This document shows, piece after piece, positions 24,147 through 34,288 of a stretch of DNA of 64,000 bases. Position 1 is the stretch's first letter. Every line of letters begins with the position of its first letter. Position numbers and translations under genes: made by a program. This DNA comes from an uncultured Haloferula sp. (GTDB lineage Bacteria; Verrucomicrobiota; Verrucomicrobiia; Verrucomicrobiales; Akkermansiaceae): positions 64,001 through 128,000 of the forward strand of contig CBFGTS010000010.1 of the NCBI GenBank assembly GCA_965652295.1. Direction: 5' to 3'. The notes beneath the pieces are model-generated. The model did no database searches and was not told the DNA's origin. It worked only from the letters and a program-made list of their open reading frames with translations.

Positions 24147-25804
24147 AGTGGGAGCGGCGGCTGGCGGCGGTGGCGATGGCGGGCGCGGTGGTCTTGGCGG
24201 TGGCGCTGCTGCGGGGGTGGCCCGCGGGGTGGCAGGAGGCATTTCGCGAAGGCGTGGCGGGTGTGCTGCTGATGGCGGGGCTGGCGTGGTGGTCGCGCCG
24301 GGTGAAGCCGGCCGGTGTGGTGGCCGCGGCGCGGCGAAGCGGCCGGACGGATGGGGTGGCGCTGGCTTTGGGAATCGTGGGGCTGGTGGCGGGGCTTTTC
24401 GGAATCCTGGCCTGGGCACCGGAGCCGGCGGAATCGCTGGCCTCGCGGGTGGCGGTGATGTGGCGGGCTCCGGAGGCGAGGACGTTGGCGGAGAACGGCC
24501 GACCGGAACCTCCGGCGCGGAGCGGGAACTGGCTGTGGGACGAAGCAGGGCGGCGCGAGTTGCCGCGTCGGGCGAGGTTGGAGCCGGCGAACCGGCCGGA
24601 GGCATTCGTGCAGGCGGATGACGAGGGTGCGCTGCTGGCGCGGCGGTTGTATCTGGAAGCGTTCGCGTTGGAGCAGTACGAGGACGACGTCTGGTCATCG
24701 CCGGCTACGCACGAGACATTGTCGGCGGGAAACGACGGTTGGATCCGCTTTGAGGAGGAAACGGAGGGCGTGGGACATCGCATCTGGCTGGGGGCGAGCG
24801 GCTCGTCGCGTCAACCGCTGGTGGCGCTGCAAGGGCTGCGGGCGGCGGAGGTGGAGCAAGCGCGGCGGGATGGCGGCGTGGCGACCCTGCCGGGCGGGGA
24901 GCCGGTGAACTACGCGGCGGTTTCCCGGATGCGGACGCTGGCGGAGCCCGGTCCGGCGGATGAGGAAACGGCGGTGCCGGATGAGCGGTTTTTAAAACTG
25001 GAGGGCGAGGAGCGTCTGCGGGCGCTGGCGGTGGAGTTTGCCGGCGAGGGGGACATCGGGACAAGGCTGGGGCGCTTGCGAGACCGCCTGCGCGGCCATG
25101 CGGCGTATTCGTTGACCATCGAGAATCCCGGCGGGTTCGATCCGCTGGAGAACTTCCTGTTTCACGAACGGCGCGGGCACTGCGAGCTTTTCGCCACGGC
25201 GGGGGCGTTGATGGCGAGGGCGATCGGGGTGCCGTCGAGGATCGCCTATGGCTGGGCCGGGGGGACCTACTACGAATCTGGTAAATGGTTCGTCTTCCGG
25301 GCGCGCGACGCCCATGCGTGGACGGAGGTGTGGCTGGAGGGGCGGGGGTGGGTGGTGATGGACCCGACGCCGCCGCAGGCGATCGGAGGAGGTCGGCCGG
25401 CGCTGGCGGCCGCGGATGAGCCGGTGCCGTTGGAATCCGATGCGGCGGAGGGCGGAACGCGGTCCGAGGGCGGGATTTGGCTGATGTTGTTCGCGGCGGT
25501 GGCGGCCGGGGTGGGTTTGCTCGGGAGATGGCGGAGCTCGCTCTCCGTCGCGGCCTCTCGCGGTGAGGTGGCGGAACTTCCCTACGAGCAAGGTTTTCGG
25601 AGGGCATGCGCACGGGCGGGCTTGAGGGCGGAGCCGGGGGCGACCTTGAGGGAGCTGGTGAGTCGTTTTGGGGAAGAGCGGCCGGGTTTCGCAGGGGAAA
25701 TGGTGAGCTACCACTACGGGGTGCGGTATGAGGGGAAACCGCGGGATAGGGAGCGGGAAAGGAAGCTGGCCGCGGAGGTCAGAGGGTGGAGCGGAGGGAA
25801 ATAG
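24143..25804 (+). CDS. Membrane transglutaminase-like domain protein (TgpA-like)
   Basis: RGHCELFATA, GVPSRIAYG and AHAWTEVW..GWVVMDPTP catalytic Cys-His-Asp motifs; GTGA overlap with the DUF58 gene. Confidence 0.88.
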   Translation: MKWERRLAAVAMAGAVVLAVALLRGWPAGWQEAFREGVAGVLLMAGLAWWSRRVKPAGVVAAARRSGRTDGVALALGIVGLVAGLFGILAWAPEPAESLASRVAVMWRAPEARTLAENGRPEPPARSGNWLWDEAGRRELPRRARLEPANRPEAFVQADDEGALLARRLYLEAFALEQYEDDVWSSPATHETLSAGNDGWIRFEEETEGVGHRIWLGASGSSRQPLVALQGLRAAEVEQARRDGGVATLPGGEPVNYAAVSRMRTLAEPGPADEETAVPDERFLKLEGEERLRALAVEFAGEGDIGTRLGRLRDRLRGHAAYSLTIENPGGFDPLENFLFHERRGHCELFATAGALMARAIGVPSRIAYGWAGGTYYESGKWFVFRARDAHAWTEVWLEGRGWVVMDPTPPQAIGGGRPALAAADEPVPLESDAAEGGTRSEGGIWLMLFAAVAAGVGLLGRWRSSLSVAASRGEVAELPYEQGFRRACARAGLRAEPGATLRELVSRFGEERPGFAGEMVSYHYGVRYEGKPRDRERERKLAAEVRGWSGGK

Positions 25805-25825
25805 ACGACGGCAGGACCGGCGCCA

Positions 25826-25845
25826 CCCCCTGAAGGGGGAACTAC
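25826..25845 (-). repeat. GTAG-footed REP-like palindrome between convergent genes
   Basis: Minus strand GTAG TT CCCCC TTCA GGGGG. Confidence 0.5.
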
Positions 25846-25876
25846 GTGCGGATGGAGGCGGGCAGTTTGAGAAGAC

Positions 25877-26755
25877 TCAGCGGTTGAGTTCGTTGAGGCC
25901 TTTCTGCTGGTACTGCTGGTCCCGTAGTTTGCGGAGGTATTCGAGGTAGCGGCGCTTGGCCTCGAAGTCGGTGCCGTCGGCGGTGACGGCCTGCGGTTGA
26001 TGGCCGTATTTTTTCCACGGCCCGTAGGGGACCTGGGCGTCCTCGACGAAACGCCAATGGCATTTTTCCCCGGACTGGAGGCCGAGGTAATCGCGGACGG
26101 AGGGGGAGATATCGATGGCGGCGCCCTGGTTGTTTCGATTTTTGGGCGGCGAATTGCCGAAGACGTAGGCCCAGTCGTCGGTGACGAAGGGGCCGCAATC
26201 CTCCCACTGGGCGTAGCAACTACGGCCTCCGTGGTAGATCTGGACCCAGCGGCCCTTGAGGACGGTCTTGCCGGGGAGCGGGTTGTGGCGGCGGAACCAG
26301 GGGATCACGCGGGCGGCCTCGGGCTTGTGGACGTTGTAGCGGAGGACGTCGTTGTAGGGGAGGGCGATGTAGAAGGGGTTGAGCTTCGGGATGAAGCCCT
26401 TCGGCCGGAAATCCGAGCTGCGGTGGTCGGCGACGCGTGAGGCGGGGTCCGGGTTGTCGTAGCCGCCGAAGTTCGCCATCCAGTTCTGGTCCCAGGAGGA
26501 CTTGCAGTTGGGGACGGGGTTGTTCTGGGTCGGCTGCTCGCCGATCCAGAAGACGGTGGCGGTGATGTTCTGCCGCCAGGGATAGAGCTGTCCGTTGGCC
26601 GGGGCCGGTGCGCGGGTGGCACGGATGGGCTGGCGGGCGGTGGGAATGATCACCCGCGGCATGGCCGAGGAGCTGGCCGCCGTTTGCGCCCGTACGCCGA
26701 CCGAGGTCGCGAGGAGAACCATCGCGAGCGCAAGGGAGGGGTGGGCTTTCAGCAT
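25877..26755 (-). CDS. Secreted protein with probable double-psi beta-barrel (RlpA/expansin-like) fold
   Basis: Signal peptide; TATVFW, YIALP, AQWEDCGP and IDISPSV..LG resemble DPBB motifs. Confidence 0.6.
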   Translation of the reverse strand: MLKAHPSLALAMVLLATSVGVRAQTAASSSAMPRVIIPTARQPIRATRAPAPANGQLYPWRQNITATVFWIGEQPTQNNPVPNCKSSWDQNWMANFGGYDNPDPASRVADHRSSDFRPKGFIPKLNPFYIALPYNDVLRYNVHKPEAARVIPWFRRHNPLPGKTVLKGRWVQIYHGGRSCYAQWEDCGPFVTDDWAYVFGNSPPKNRNNQGAAIDISPSVRDYLGLQSGEKCHWRFVEDAQVPYGPWKKYGHQPQAVTADGTDFEAKRRYLEYLRKLRDQQYQQKGLNELNR

Positions 26756-26771
26756 GCGGAGGGTTGAGGAA

Positions 26772-28445
26772 CTAGAAGCGGCGGAGTTCGGTATTGCGGG
26801 CGAACTCGGCGTCGGTCTGCGGGTAGTCTAGCGTATGATGCAAGCCCCTCGATTCGCGGCGCCGGATCGCGCTGTCCACGACCAGCGAGGCGACCTCGAC
26901 GAGATTGCGCAGTTCGAGGATGTCGGCGTTCACCCGGTGGCCCCAGTAGAACTCGCGGACTTCCTTGCGCAGGTTCTGCAATCGAGTGGCGGCGCGGCGC
27001 AGGCGGTTGTTGGTGCGAACGATGGAAACGTAGTCCCACATGAGGCGGCGGAGCTCGTCCCAGTTGTGGTAGATGACGACGAGTTCGTCGGGCGGTGCGG
27101 TATCGCCGTGCTCCCAGGGTGGGATGGCGGGGGCTTCGGGGCAGGGTTTTCCCGGAGGGTGATGGCGCATGATGCGGTCGAGCGCGCGGCGGGCGAGGAC
27201 GTTGCCTTCCAGCAGCGAGTTCGAGGCGAGGCGGTTGGCGCCGTGGAGGCCGGTGCAGGCGACCTCGCCGATGGCGTGGAGGCCGCGGATGGTGGTGCGG
27301 CCGTCGAGGTCGGTTTTCACGCCGCCGCACTGGTAATGGGCAGCGGGGACGACGGGGATCGGCTGCTTTTCGGCATCGAGCCCGAAGGACAGGAGCTTTT
27401 CGTGGATGAAGGGAAAACGGTCGCGGAAGAAGCCGGGCGGCTTGTGGGTGATGTCGAGGTAGACGCAGGGTGCGCCGGTTCGTTTGATTTCGCGGTCGAT
27501 GGCGCGGGCGACGATGTCGCGGGGGGCGAGCGAGCCCCGGGGGTCGGTGCGTTTCACGAAGTCCTCGCCTTTGCCATTGATCAGCACCGCGCCCTCGCCG
27601 CGGACGGCCTCGGAGACGAGGAATGAGCGGGCCTCCGGACCGCTGGCGGCGGGGTTGTAGAAGCAGGTGGGGTGGAACTGGATGAATTCCATGTTCTCGA
27701 TCGTCGCGCCGGCGCGCCAGGCCATTGCCAGGCCGTCGCCGGTGGAGGAGTCGGGATTGGTGGTGTAGAGATAGACTTTTCCGCAACCGCCGGTGGCGAG
27801 GATGACCCGATCCGAGCGGAACACTCGGACTTCGCCCGAGGTGCGGTCGAGGACGTAGGCACCGAGCACGCGGTCATCGGTGACCATGCCGAGCTTGCCG
27901 GTGGTGATGAGGTCGATGGCGAAATGGTCCTCCAGCAGCGTGAGCCGCGGTGTGCGGCGTGCGGCCTCGACCAGCGAGCCGGCGATCTCGAGGCCGGTGG
28001 TGTCTTTCGAGTGGAGGATGCGGCGGTGGCTGTGACCGCCTTCCTTGCCCAGCGCGAAGCGATCGCCGGAGCGGTCGAAGTCGGTGCCGAGTGAAACGAG
28101 GTCGTCGATGGTGGCGGCACCCTCGGAGATGATGGTGCGGACGGCTTGCTCGTCGCAAAGCCCGGCCCCGGCGTCGAGGGTGTCGGCGACATGGGCCTCG
28201 ATGGAATCGCCGGGGTCGCGCAGGGATTCCGGGAGAACCGAGGCGATGCCGCCCTGGGCCCAGGCGGTGTTGGAGTCCAGCAGCTTGCCCTTGGTGATGA
28301 CCGTAACCGATCCGTGGGCGGCGGCGCGGATGGCGAAGGACAGCCCGGCAATGCCGGCACCGATGACGAGAAAGTCGGAGGTCAAGGGAGTGCGGAGTTC
28401 GGATTGCCGGGATTTTCCGGGCGTGGGCGGGGATTGAACCGTCAA
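26772..28445 (-). CDS. nadB: L-aspartate oxidase
   Basis: VIGAGIAGL, WAQGGI, EGGHSHRR, QFHPT, HYQCGG and HGANRLASNSL motifs; start may be the TTG at 28385. Confidence 0.95.
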   Translation of the reverse strand: MTVQSPPTPGKSRQSELRTPLTSDFLVIGAGIAGLSFAIRAAAHGSVTVITKGKLLDSNTAWAQGGIASVLPESLRDPGDSIEAHVADTLDAGAGLCDEQAVRTIISEGAATIDDLVSLGTDFDRSGDRFALGKEGGHSHRRILHSKDTTGLEIAGSLVEAARRTPRLTLLEDHFAIDLITTGKLGMVTDDRVLGAYVLDRTSGEVRVFRSDRVILATGGCGKVYLYTTNPDSSTGDGLAMAWRAGATIENMEFIQFHPTCFYNPAASGPEARSFLVSEAVRGEGAVLINGKGEDFVKRTDPRGSLAPRDIVARAIDREIKRTGAPCVYLDITHKPPGFFRDRFPFIHEKLLSFGLDAEKQPIPVVPAAHYQCGGVKTDLDGRTTIRGLHAIGEVACTGLHGANRLASNSLLEGNVLARRALDRIMRHHPPGKPCPEAPAIPPWEHGDTAPPDELVVIYHNWDELRRLMWDYVSIVRTNNRLRRAATRLQNLRKEVREFYWGHRVNADILELRNLVEVASLVVDSAIRRRESRGLHHTLDYPQTDAEFARNTELRRF

Positions 28446-28466
28446 GACGCCGGGGTCGCCAAGGAA

Positions 28467-29312
28467 TTATGCGGAGGCGGGCAGGGTGATGTTATCGATC
28501 AGCCGGATCTCTCCGTAGAAGACGGCGGTTGCCAGAAGGGTGGGGCGGGAAAGGTCGGAGGTGGGCTGGAGGGTCCCGGCATCGACGAGTTCGAGGTAGT
28601 CGATACGGTTGAGCGGAGAGGCGATGGCATCGCGGGTTTGATCGAGGAGGGCGGCGGGAGGAAGTCGGGGATGGGCATGGCGGATGGAATCCGCCGCCAC
28701 GACGAGGGCGCGGTGGATGCGTGGGGTGTCGGCGCGTTGTTCGGGGGTGAGGCGGACGTTGCGGGAGGACATCGCCAGGCCGTCGGGCTCGCGGACGGTG
28801 GGGGCAGCGATGATTTCCACCGGCACATCTAGGTCTCGGACCATGCGGCGGATGATGGCGAGCTGCTGGAAGTCCTTTTCCCCGAAGACGGCGGCTGCGG
28901 GCTGGAACTGGTTGAAGAGCTTCAGCACCACGGTGCAAACGCCATCGAAATGCCCCGGCCGGGTGGCACCGCAGAGGGTCTTGGAAAGCGAGGTCTCCAA
29001 GACGGTCACGGAGCGATCCGGAAAATACATCGAGTCCGTCGTGGGTGCGAAGACCAGATCGACCCCGGCGGCGCGGCATTTTTCAAGGTCGGACTCAAGC
29101 GTGCGCGGGTAGGCATCGAGGTCGCTGGCGCGGTCGAATTGGATGGGGTTGACGAAGATCGAGACGGCGACGAGTCCGTCGGATCCCGCCGCCTTGCGGG
29201 CGTGGCGGATCAGTTCCAGGTGACCCGGATGCAGCGCGCCCATGGTGGGGACGAGGACGGGCGGGCGGGCGAGGCTTCTGCGGAGATCCGGAACGGTGGT
29301 GACGACGCGCAT
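28467..29312 (-). CDS. panC: Pantoate--beta-alanine ligase
   Basis: VPTMGALHPGH, FVNPIQF, RPGHFDGV, FGEKDFQQ, LAMSSRN and RLIDN motifs. Confidence 0.96.
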   Translation of the reverse strand: MRVVTTVPDLRRSLARPPVLVPTMGALHPGHLELIRHARKAAGSDGLVAVSIFVNPIQFDRASDLDAYPRTLESDLEKCRAAGVDLVFAPTTDSMYFPDRSVTVLETSLSKTLCGATRPGHFDGVCTVVLKLFNQFQPAAAVFGEKDFQQLAIIRRMVRDLDVPVEIIAAPTVREPDGLAMSSRNVRLTPEQRADTPRIHRALVVAADSIRHAHPRLPPAALLDQTRDAIASPLNRIDYLELVDAGTLQPTSDLSRPTLLATAVFYGEIRLIDNITLPASA

Positions 29313-29428
29313 CCGGACGAGCATGGAGGAGGAGGAATTTGCCCGCAAGGGCCGGGAGTGGACGTTGACGCGGGCCGGAAATCCGTTCAGGGTGCCGCGG
29401 AACCCCAGCGGGAAATCCCATTTATCAT

Positions 29429-30055
29429 ATGATTCGTCGCCTTATCCCTTTCGCCGTGGCCGCCATCCTGTGTGGCACTTCGCTCGCCCAGGACGCCAAG
29501 CTGAAGATCGCCACGGTCGATATGCAGCAGCTGTTCAAGGAATACTACCGCACGGAGGAGGCCCAGCAGCAGGTCAACGTCGAGCGCGCCCGTATTCAGA
29601 AGGAACTCAACGAGCGCTTCGCCCGCATTCAGGAAATCGATGAGGAGCTCAAGAAGCTGCGCAAGATGCTCGACGACCCGTCGATCAACGATTCCAAGAA
29701 GCAGGAAGTCCACCGCGACTGGCAGATGAAGCAGCAGGAGGGCATCGCCCTCGACCGTGAGCGCCGCGAGTTCCAGCAGCGCCGCACCCAGGCCCTCAAC
29801 GAGACCATGGTGCAGCGGATGAAGGGCATCCTCGAAGAAATCCGCAAGCTCGTCGAAGAGCAGGCCAAGAAGGAGGACTACGACTACGTGTTCGACAAGT
29901 CCGGCCTGAGCACCTCGCAGGTTCCCTTCCTGCTCTACACGAAGGACGCGACCGACATCACCCCGGTCCTCCTGGTGGACCTGAACAAGGATGCTCCGGC
30001 CGAGGCCACCTCCACCGAGGAAGCCCCGGCGGAAGGCGGCGAGGCCACCGAGTGA
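29429..30055 (+). CDS. skp: OmpH/Skp periplasmic chaperone
   Basis: Signal peptide, KIATVDMQ, coiled coil, YDYVFD..DIT; directly upstream of lpxD. Confidence 0.88.
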   Translation: MIRRLIPFAVAAILCGTSLAQDAKLKIATVDMQQLFKEYYRTEEAQQQVNVERARIQKELNERFARIQEIDEELKKLRKMLDDPSINDSKKQEVHRDWQMKQQEGIALDRERREFQQRRTQALNETMVQRMKGILEEIRKLVEEQAKKEDYDYVFDKSGLSTSQVPFLLYTKDATDITPVLLVDLNKDAPAEATSTEEAPAEGGEATE

Positions 30056-30065
30056 CCTACTCTGC

Positions 30066-31085
30066 GTGAGCCAACTGACTCTTTCCGAGCTCGCCCAACG
30101 GATCGACGGTGACGTCGTCCGGGGCGAGCTCGCTCTTTTGATCACCGGCATCGCCGCGCTCGACGAGGCGGGGCCCGGTGAAATCTCGTTTCTAGGAAAC
30201 GAGAAATACCGCCAGCAGTTCCTCGAAACCAAGGCCGGCGTGGTGATCGTTCCCCGCGGCGTGACGGAGGGGCCGGAAAACGTGGCGCTCGTCGCCTGCG
30301 ACAACCCTTCCTACGCCTTCGGGCTGGTGGTGAAGCATTTCACCGAATCACTGGCCCGGGTTTTCACGCCTGGCATTCACGAACGTGCGGTCGTTGAGCC
30401 CACCGCACGGCTGGACGCCGAAAAAGTTCGCATCCACGCCGGAGCGGTCGTCATGGCCGGCGCGACCATCGGGGAGGGTACGGAAATCGGTCCGAACGCG
30501 GTGATCGGCGAGAACGTGGTGATCGGCCGCGATTGCCAGATCCACGCCAACGTTTCCATCCGCGAGCGTTGCCAGGTCGGCGACCGCGTTATTTTGCAGC
30601 CCGGCGCGGTGATCGGGTCCGATGGCTTTGGCTACGAGACCGTCAACGGACGCCACGTGAAGATCGACCAAATCGGCATCGTGGAAATCCAGGACGACGT
30701 CGAGATCGGAGCGAACACCACCGTCGATCGCGCGCGTTTCGGACGGACGGTGGTCGGTATGGGGAGCAAGATCGATAATCTCGTCCAAGTCGCCCACAAC
30801 GTGCAGATCGGTCCCCACAACCTGTTCGTTTCCCAGAGTGGCATCGCCGGCAGCTCCAAGACCGGTGCGTATGTCGTTGCGGCGGCGCAGGTGGGCATCG
30901 CCGGTCACCTGCGCGTCGGGGATCAGGCGATCCTTGCCGGGCGCACCGGCGTCACATCAAACATTGAGGGCGGAAAGACCTACGGTGGCTATCCCGCTCA
31001 GCCGCAGATGGACGAGCAGCGGCAAAAGGCGGCGCTGAGGAAGCTGCCCGACCTGCTCAAGCGGGTGAAGAAGCTGGAGGGGTGA
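30066..31085 (+). CDS. lpxD: UDP-3-O-acyl-glucosamine N-acyltransferase
   Basis: Hexapeptide repeats; IGSDGFGY, GANTTVDR and KIDNLVQVAHNV motifs. Confidence 0.95.
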   Translation: MSQLTLSELAQRIDGDVVRGELALLITGIAALDEAGPGEISFLGNEKYRQQFLETKAGVVIVPRGVTEGPENVALVACDNPSYAFGLVVKHFTESLARVFTPGIHERAVVEPTARLDAEKVRIHAGAVVMAGATIGEGTEIGPNAVIGENVVIGRDCQIHANVSIRERCQVGDRVILQPGAVIGSDGFGYETVNGRHVKIDQIGIVEIQDDVEIGANTTVDRARFGRTVVGMGSKIDNLVQVAHNVQIGPHNLFVSQSGIAGSSKTGAYVVAAAQVGIAGHLRVGDQAILAGRTGVTSNIEGGKTYGGYPAQPQMDEQRQKAALRKLPDLLKRVKKLEG

Positions 31086-31228
31086 GGAGAGCGGGTTTGC
31101 GACCCGCTTTCAATCTTCCACGCCGACTGTCGAAGAAGGGGGATTGCCGGGCTCGGTGCGTGGCGGTCGGTAGGACGAGGCGGTGAATCGGTTTTGAAAA
31201 ATGGAAGCGGGTCGCAAAGCCGCTCTCC
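31086..31228. repeat. REPIN: inverted pair of GGAG-footed REPs (family B) filling the whole lpxD-proS gap
   Basis: Plus strand TGA|GGAG AGCGGGTT TGC GACCCGCT (31086-31108); minus strand TGA|GGAG AGCGGCTT TGC GACCCGCT (31228-31206). Confidence 0.88.
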
Positions 31229-32746
31229 TCAGTAGCTCCGGCCCCAGATGGCGCGTTGTTTGGTGGGCTTGCCGGTCAGGAGGCAGGGGGCTTCGTCGCC
31301 GTCCTGCTGGTCGAGCGGGAGGCAGCGGATGGTGATCTTGTGCTTTTTGCTGAGCTCGTCTTCCTCCTCGGACGTAGCGTCCCAGGGGGTGATGAGCCAG
31401 CCGGGATTGTCCTGGGCCCAGTGAGCTTCGAACGTTTCCAGGCTGTCGCAGGGTACGATGTTCGCATCGCGGAACTCGACGGCTCGCTGAAGCAGCGTGT
31501 CGTGGATTTCCTGAAGGAGATCGGTGGCGCGGCGGAGGAAATCCTCCTTCTCAAGAAACTCCTTTTCGTGGGCAGCGCGGTCGCGGCGGTTGAGGCAAAC
31601 CTTCCGGCTTTCGACGTCACGCGGGCCGATCTCGATGCGGATCGGGGTGCCTTTTTTCACCCATTCCCACTTCTTCTGGCCGCCCTGGAGGTCGCGATCA
31701 TCGACGAGCACTCTCAGGGGATCGCCATGGAAACGATACCCGCGGAGGGTCTCGGCGAGTGCGTGGCAGGAGGCGATCACGGCTTCCTTGGTGTTTTCCT
31801 TGGGAGTGACCGGAATGATGACGATCTGCTGCGTGGCGACGCGTGGCGGCAGGATGAGGCCGTCGTCGTCGGAGTGGGCCATGATCAGCGTGCCGATCAT
31901 GCGGGTTGAGACGCCCCATGAGGTCGTGTAGGCGTGTTCCACCTTGCCATCGCGCCCGGTGAAGGAGATGTCCTGGGCCTTCGAGAAATTCTGTCCGAGG
32001 AAGTGCGAGGTGCCTGCCTGGATTGCTTTCCGGTCCTGCACCATCGCCTCGACGGTGAGCGTCATGTCGGCACCGGGGAACCGCTCGTTCTCGGTCTTTT
32101 CGCCGGGGACCACGGGAATCGCGAGGTGGTCGCGCAGGAACTCGGCGTACACCTGATGCATCTTGCGGGTTTCCTCGATCGCTTCCTCCTTGGTCTCGTG
32201 GGCGGTGTGGCCTTCCTGCCAGAGGAATTCGGCGGTGCGGAGGAACAGGCGCGGGCGCATCTCCCAGCGCATCACGTTGGCCCACTGGTTGATGAGCAGC
32301 GGCAGGTCGCGGTAGCTCTGGACCCAGCGGGAAAAGGCCGCTCCGATGATCGTTTCGGAAGTCGGCCGGATGACGTAAGGCTCGGCGAGTTCGCCGGTGG
32401 GGATCATCTTGGTCTTGCCGGTGGCCTCGTCTTTGACGGCTTCGAGGCGGTGATGGGTGACCACGGCGCACTCGGTGGCGAAGCCCTCGGCGTGCTCTGC
32501 TTCCTTTTCGAGGTAGGAGAGCGGGATGAGCAGCGGGAAGTAGGCGTTCTGGTGGCCGGTTTCCTTGAAGCGACGGTCGAGCTGCTGCTGGATGAGTTCC
32601 CAGATGCCGTAGCCCCAAGGTTTGATGACCATGCAGCCGCGGGTCTCGGAATTTTCCGCGAGGTCGGCGGCCTTGATGACCTGCTGGTACCATTCGGGGA
32701 AATCCTCGGCGCGGGTCGGGGTGATGGCGGTCTTGGGAGCGGACAT
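31229..32746 (-). CDS. proS: Proline--tRNA ligase (archaeal/eukaryotic type)
   Basis: FPEWYQQV, IRPTSET, QWANVMRWE..RTAEFLWQEGHT and QAGTSHFLGQNF motifs; terminal Tyr. Confidence 0.96.
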   Translation of the reverse strand: MSAPKTAITPTRAEDFPEWYQQVIKAADLAENSETRGCMVIKPWGYGIWELIQQQLDRRFKETGHQNAYFPLLIPLSYLEKEAEHAEGFATECAVVTHHRLEAVKDEATGKTKMIPTGELAEPYVIRPTSETIIGAAFSRWVQSYRDLPLLINQWANVMRWEMRPRLFLRTAEFLWQEGHTAHETKEEAIEETRKMHQVYAEFLRDHLAIPVVPGEKTENERFPGADMTLTVEAMVQDRKAIQAGTSHFLGQNFSKAQDISFTGRDGKVEHAYTTSWGVSTRMIGTLIMAHSDDDGLILPPRVATQQIVIIPVTPKENTKEAVIASCHALAETLRGYRFHGDPLRVLVDDRDLQGGQKKWEWVKKGTPIRIEIGPRDVESRKVCLNRRDRAAHEKEFLEKEDFLRRATDLLQEIHDTLLQRAVEFRDANIVPCDSLETFEAHWAQDNPGWLITPWDATSEEEDELSKKHKITIRCLPLDQQDGDEAPCLLTGKPTKQRAIWGRSY

Positions 32747-32834
32747 GGTGAAAACGCGGATGGCGCGCGGCGCGGAATTAGAGGAAAGGCGCGGGCGCGT
32801 CGATAGCGGTTTTTGTCGGAGCAGTCCGAAGATC

Positions 32835-34175
32835 TCACTCGAAAAACCTCTTCAACGCCCGCTGCTCATCGGGATCGAGCGACTCACGCCAGACGCGGTC
32901 GCCGCCGGAGCCGGTGGTCTCGACGGAGCCGCCGGAGCGGTTGACGGTGGCGGTTTGATCGACTTCATGCTCGCCGTCCTGAATCTGGAGAAGATCGCCG
33001 GGGAGGGCTCGGGAGAGGTCTTTGGCTTCGAGCGATTCGAGTCCGCCGGTGGCCAGCGCATCGCCCTCCTCGCCGATGACGCCGCCGGCTTCACCGGGGC
33101 CGCGGTTCACTCCGCCCTTGCCGCCGGGACCGTCTCTTTCCGGCCCATCTCCTTCCCCTTCGCCGGCCATCAGTTCGTCCATCCACTCTTCGCCCTGGCC
33201 GCCGCCCTGGCAGTCCTTGCAGGCTTGGCCTGCCTTCTGGAGGTTTTCGCGGAGCTGTTGCATCTGCTCCGCACTGAGCTTTCCGAGCTGGTTGGGATCG
33301 AGCTGCTGGAGTTGTTGAAGCAGTTCGGCGTTGGGCTTGAGCGCTCCGTTTTGCAGACCCTGGAGGGCTTCGTCGAACTGCTGGAGGAGCTGGTCTTTCC
33401 GCTCCTGCGACATGCCGGCGGCGTTCTTTTCCAACGATCCGAGGGCATTGGCGGCGCGACCGGTTTCGCGTTCGAGACGCTGGAGTTCGGCCTCGTGCTG
33501 CTTTTTCAGTGAGTCGGTGGCTTCCAACGAGGAGTGGCTGAACCATTCCTCCTCTTCCTTGGCACGCAGTTCGTCGAGCTTCTCGCGCATTTCCTCCAGA
33601 TAGGATTCGTCGAGGACCTCCTCCTGGTCGAGCCGCTCGAGATCGGCGTCGAGCTGCTCCCAGGCGAGCGGTTGCTCGGGGGGATTCGCGTCCGCTCCGG
33701 GGAGCGCGGCGACGGGGATGAAAAGCCCGGCGAGAAGCAGGGAAAGGGCGGCGAGTGGCGGTGCGGCGGTGCGCTGCCAGTGCCAGCCCAGGCCGGCATC
33801 GACCTGTCCGGGAAACTCCGGCCATGGCGCGACTCCGGCGTGGGCGGCTGAGAGGGCGTTGCGTAGGCGCATCGAGTCCTCGATCCGGACCATCGCGCCT
33901 TCGGCGGTTTCAAAGCGGCGGCGGGCCAACAGCCACGCGGTAAGGCTGAGGAGGACAAGCAGTCCGCCGCAGCTGGCAGCCCACTGCCAGGCGGGGATCG
34001 TGGGGAAACGGTGGCGCGCCAGGAGCAGCACGGCGGCGGCGACGACGGAGCCGATCACCAGCGGCGCGGCCAGCGTTTGCAACCACCAGCCGAGATTCAC
34101 GCCGCGGGCGGTGCGGGCGGCGGCGCGCATCCATGCATCGCGGGGGCTTGAAGCATCACGGGGCATCGACGGCAT
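32835..34175 (-). CDS. Hypothetical membrane protein with Gln/Glu-rich coiled coil
   Basis: Three N-terminal TM segments, long helical region, Gly-rich region GGVNRGPG; start uncertain. Confidence 0.7.
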   Translation of the reverse strand: MPSMPRDASSPRDAWMRAAARTARGVNLGWWLQTLAAPLVIGSVVAAAVLLLARHRFPTIPAWQWAASCGGLLVLLSLTAWLLARRRFETAEGAMVRIEDSMRLRNALSAAHAGVAPWPEFPGQVDAGLGWHWQRTAAPPLAALSLLLAGLFIPVAALPGADANPPEQPLAWEQLDADLERLDQEEVLDESYLEEMREKLDELRAKEEEEWFSHSSLEATDSLKKQHEAELQRLERETGRAANALGSLEKNAAGMSQERKDQLLQQFDEALQGLQNGALKPNAELLQQLQQLDPNQLGKLSAEQMQQLRENLQKAGQACKDCQGGGQGEEWMDELMAGEGEGDGPERDGPGGKGGVNRGPGEAGGVIGEEGDALATGGLESLEAKDLSRALPGDLLQIQDGEHEVDQTATVNRSGGSVETTGSGGDRVWRESLDPDEQRALKRFFE

Positions 34176-34288
34176 TGTATCGCGGCGGCGGGTGAGGGCG
34201 ATGTGAATTTGCGGTGAATCCTGCGGAGATGGTTTCGGAGCTTGGCATCGAGCCGGGCGATCGGTGGAATCGCCGCCCAAGCATCGCC

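Noticed and set aside
22980..24698. Apparent long Pro/Arg-rich N-terminal extension of GltX (1009-aa ORF call)
   Set aside because: Overlaps the DUF58 and transglutaminase genes on the opposite strand; the real start is the ATG at 22979.
23061..25804. DUF58-transglutaminase pair lacking an adjacent MoxR ATPase
   Set aside because: Split operons are common and the ATPase may be encoded elsewhere; not evidence of novelty.
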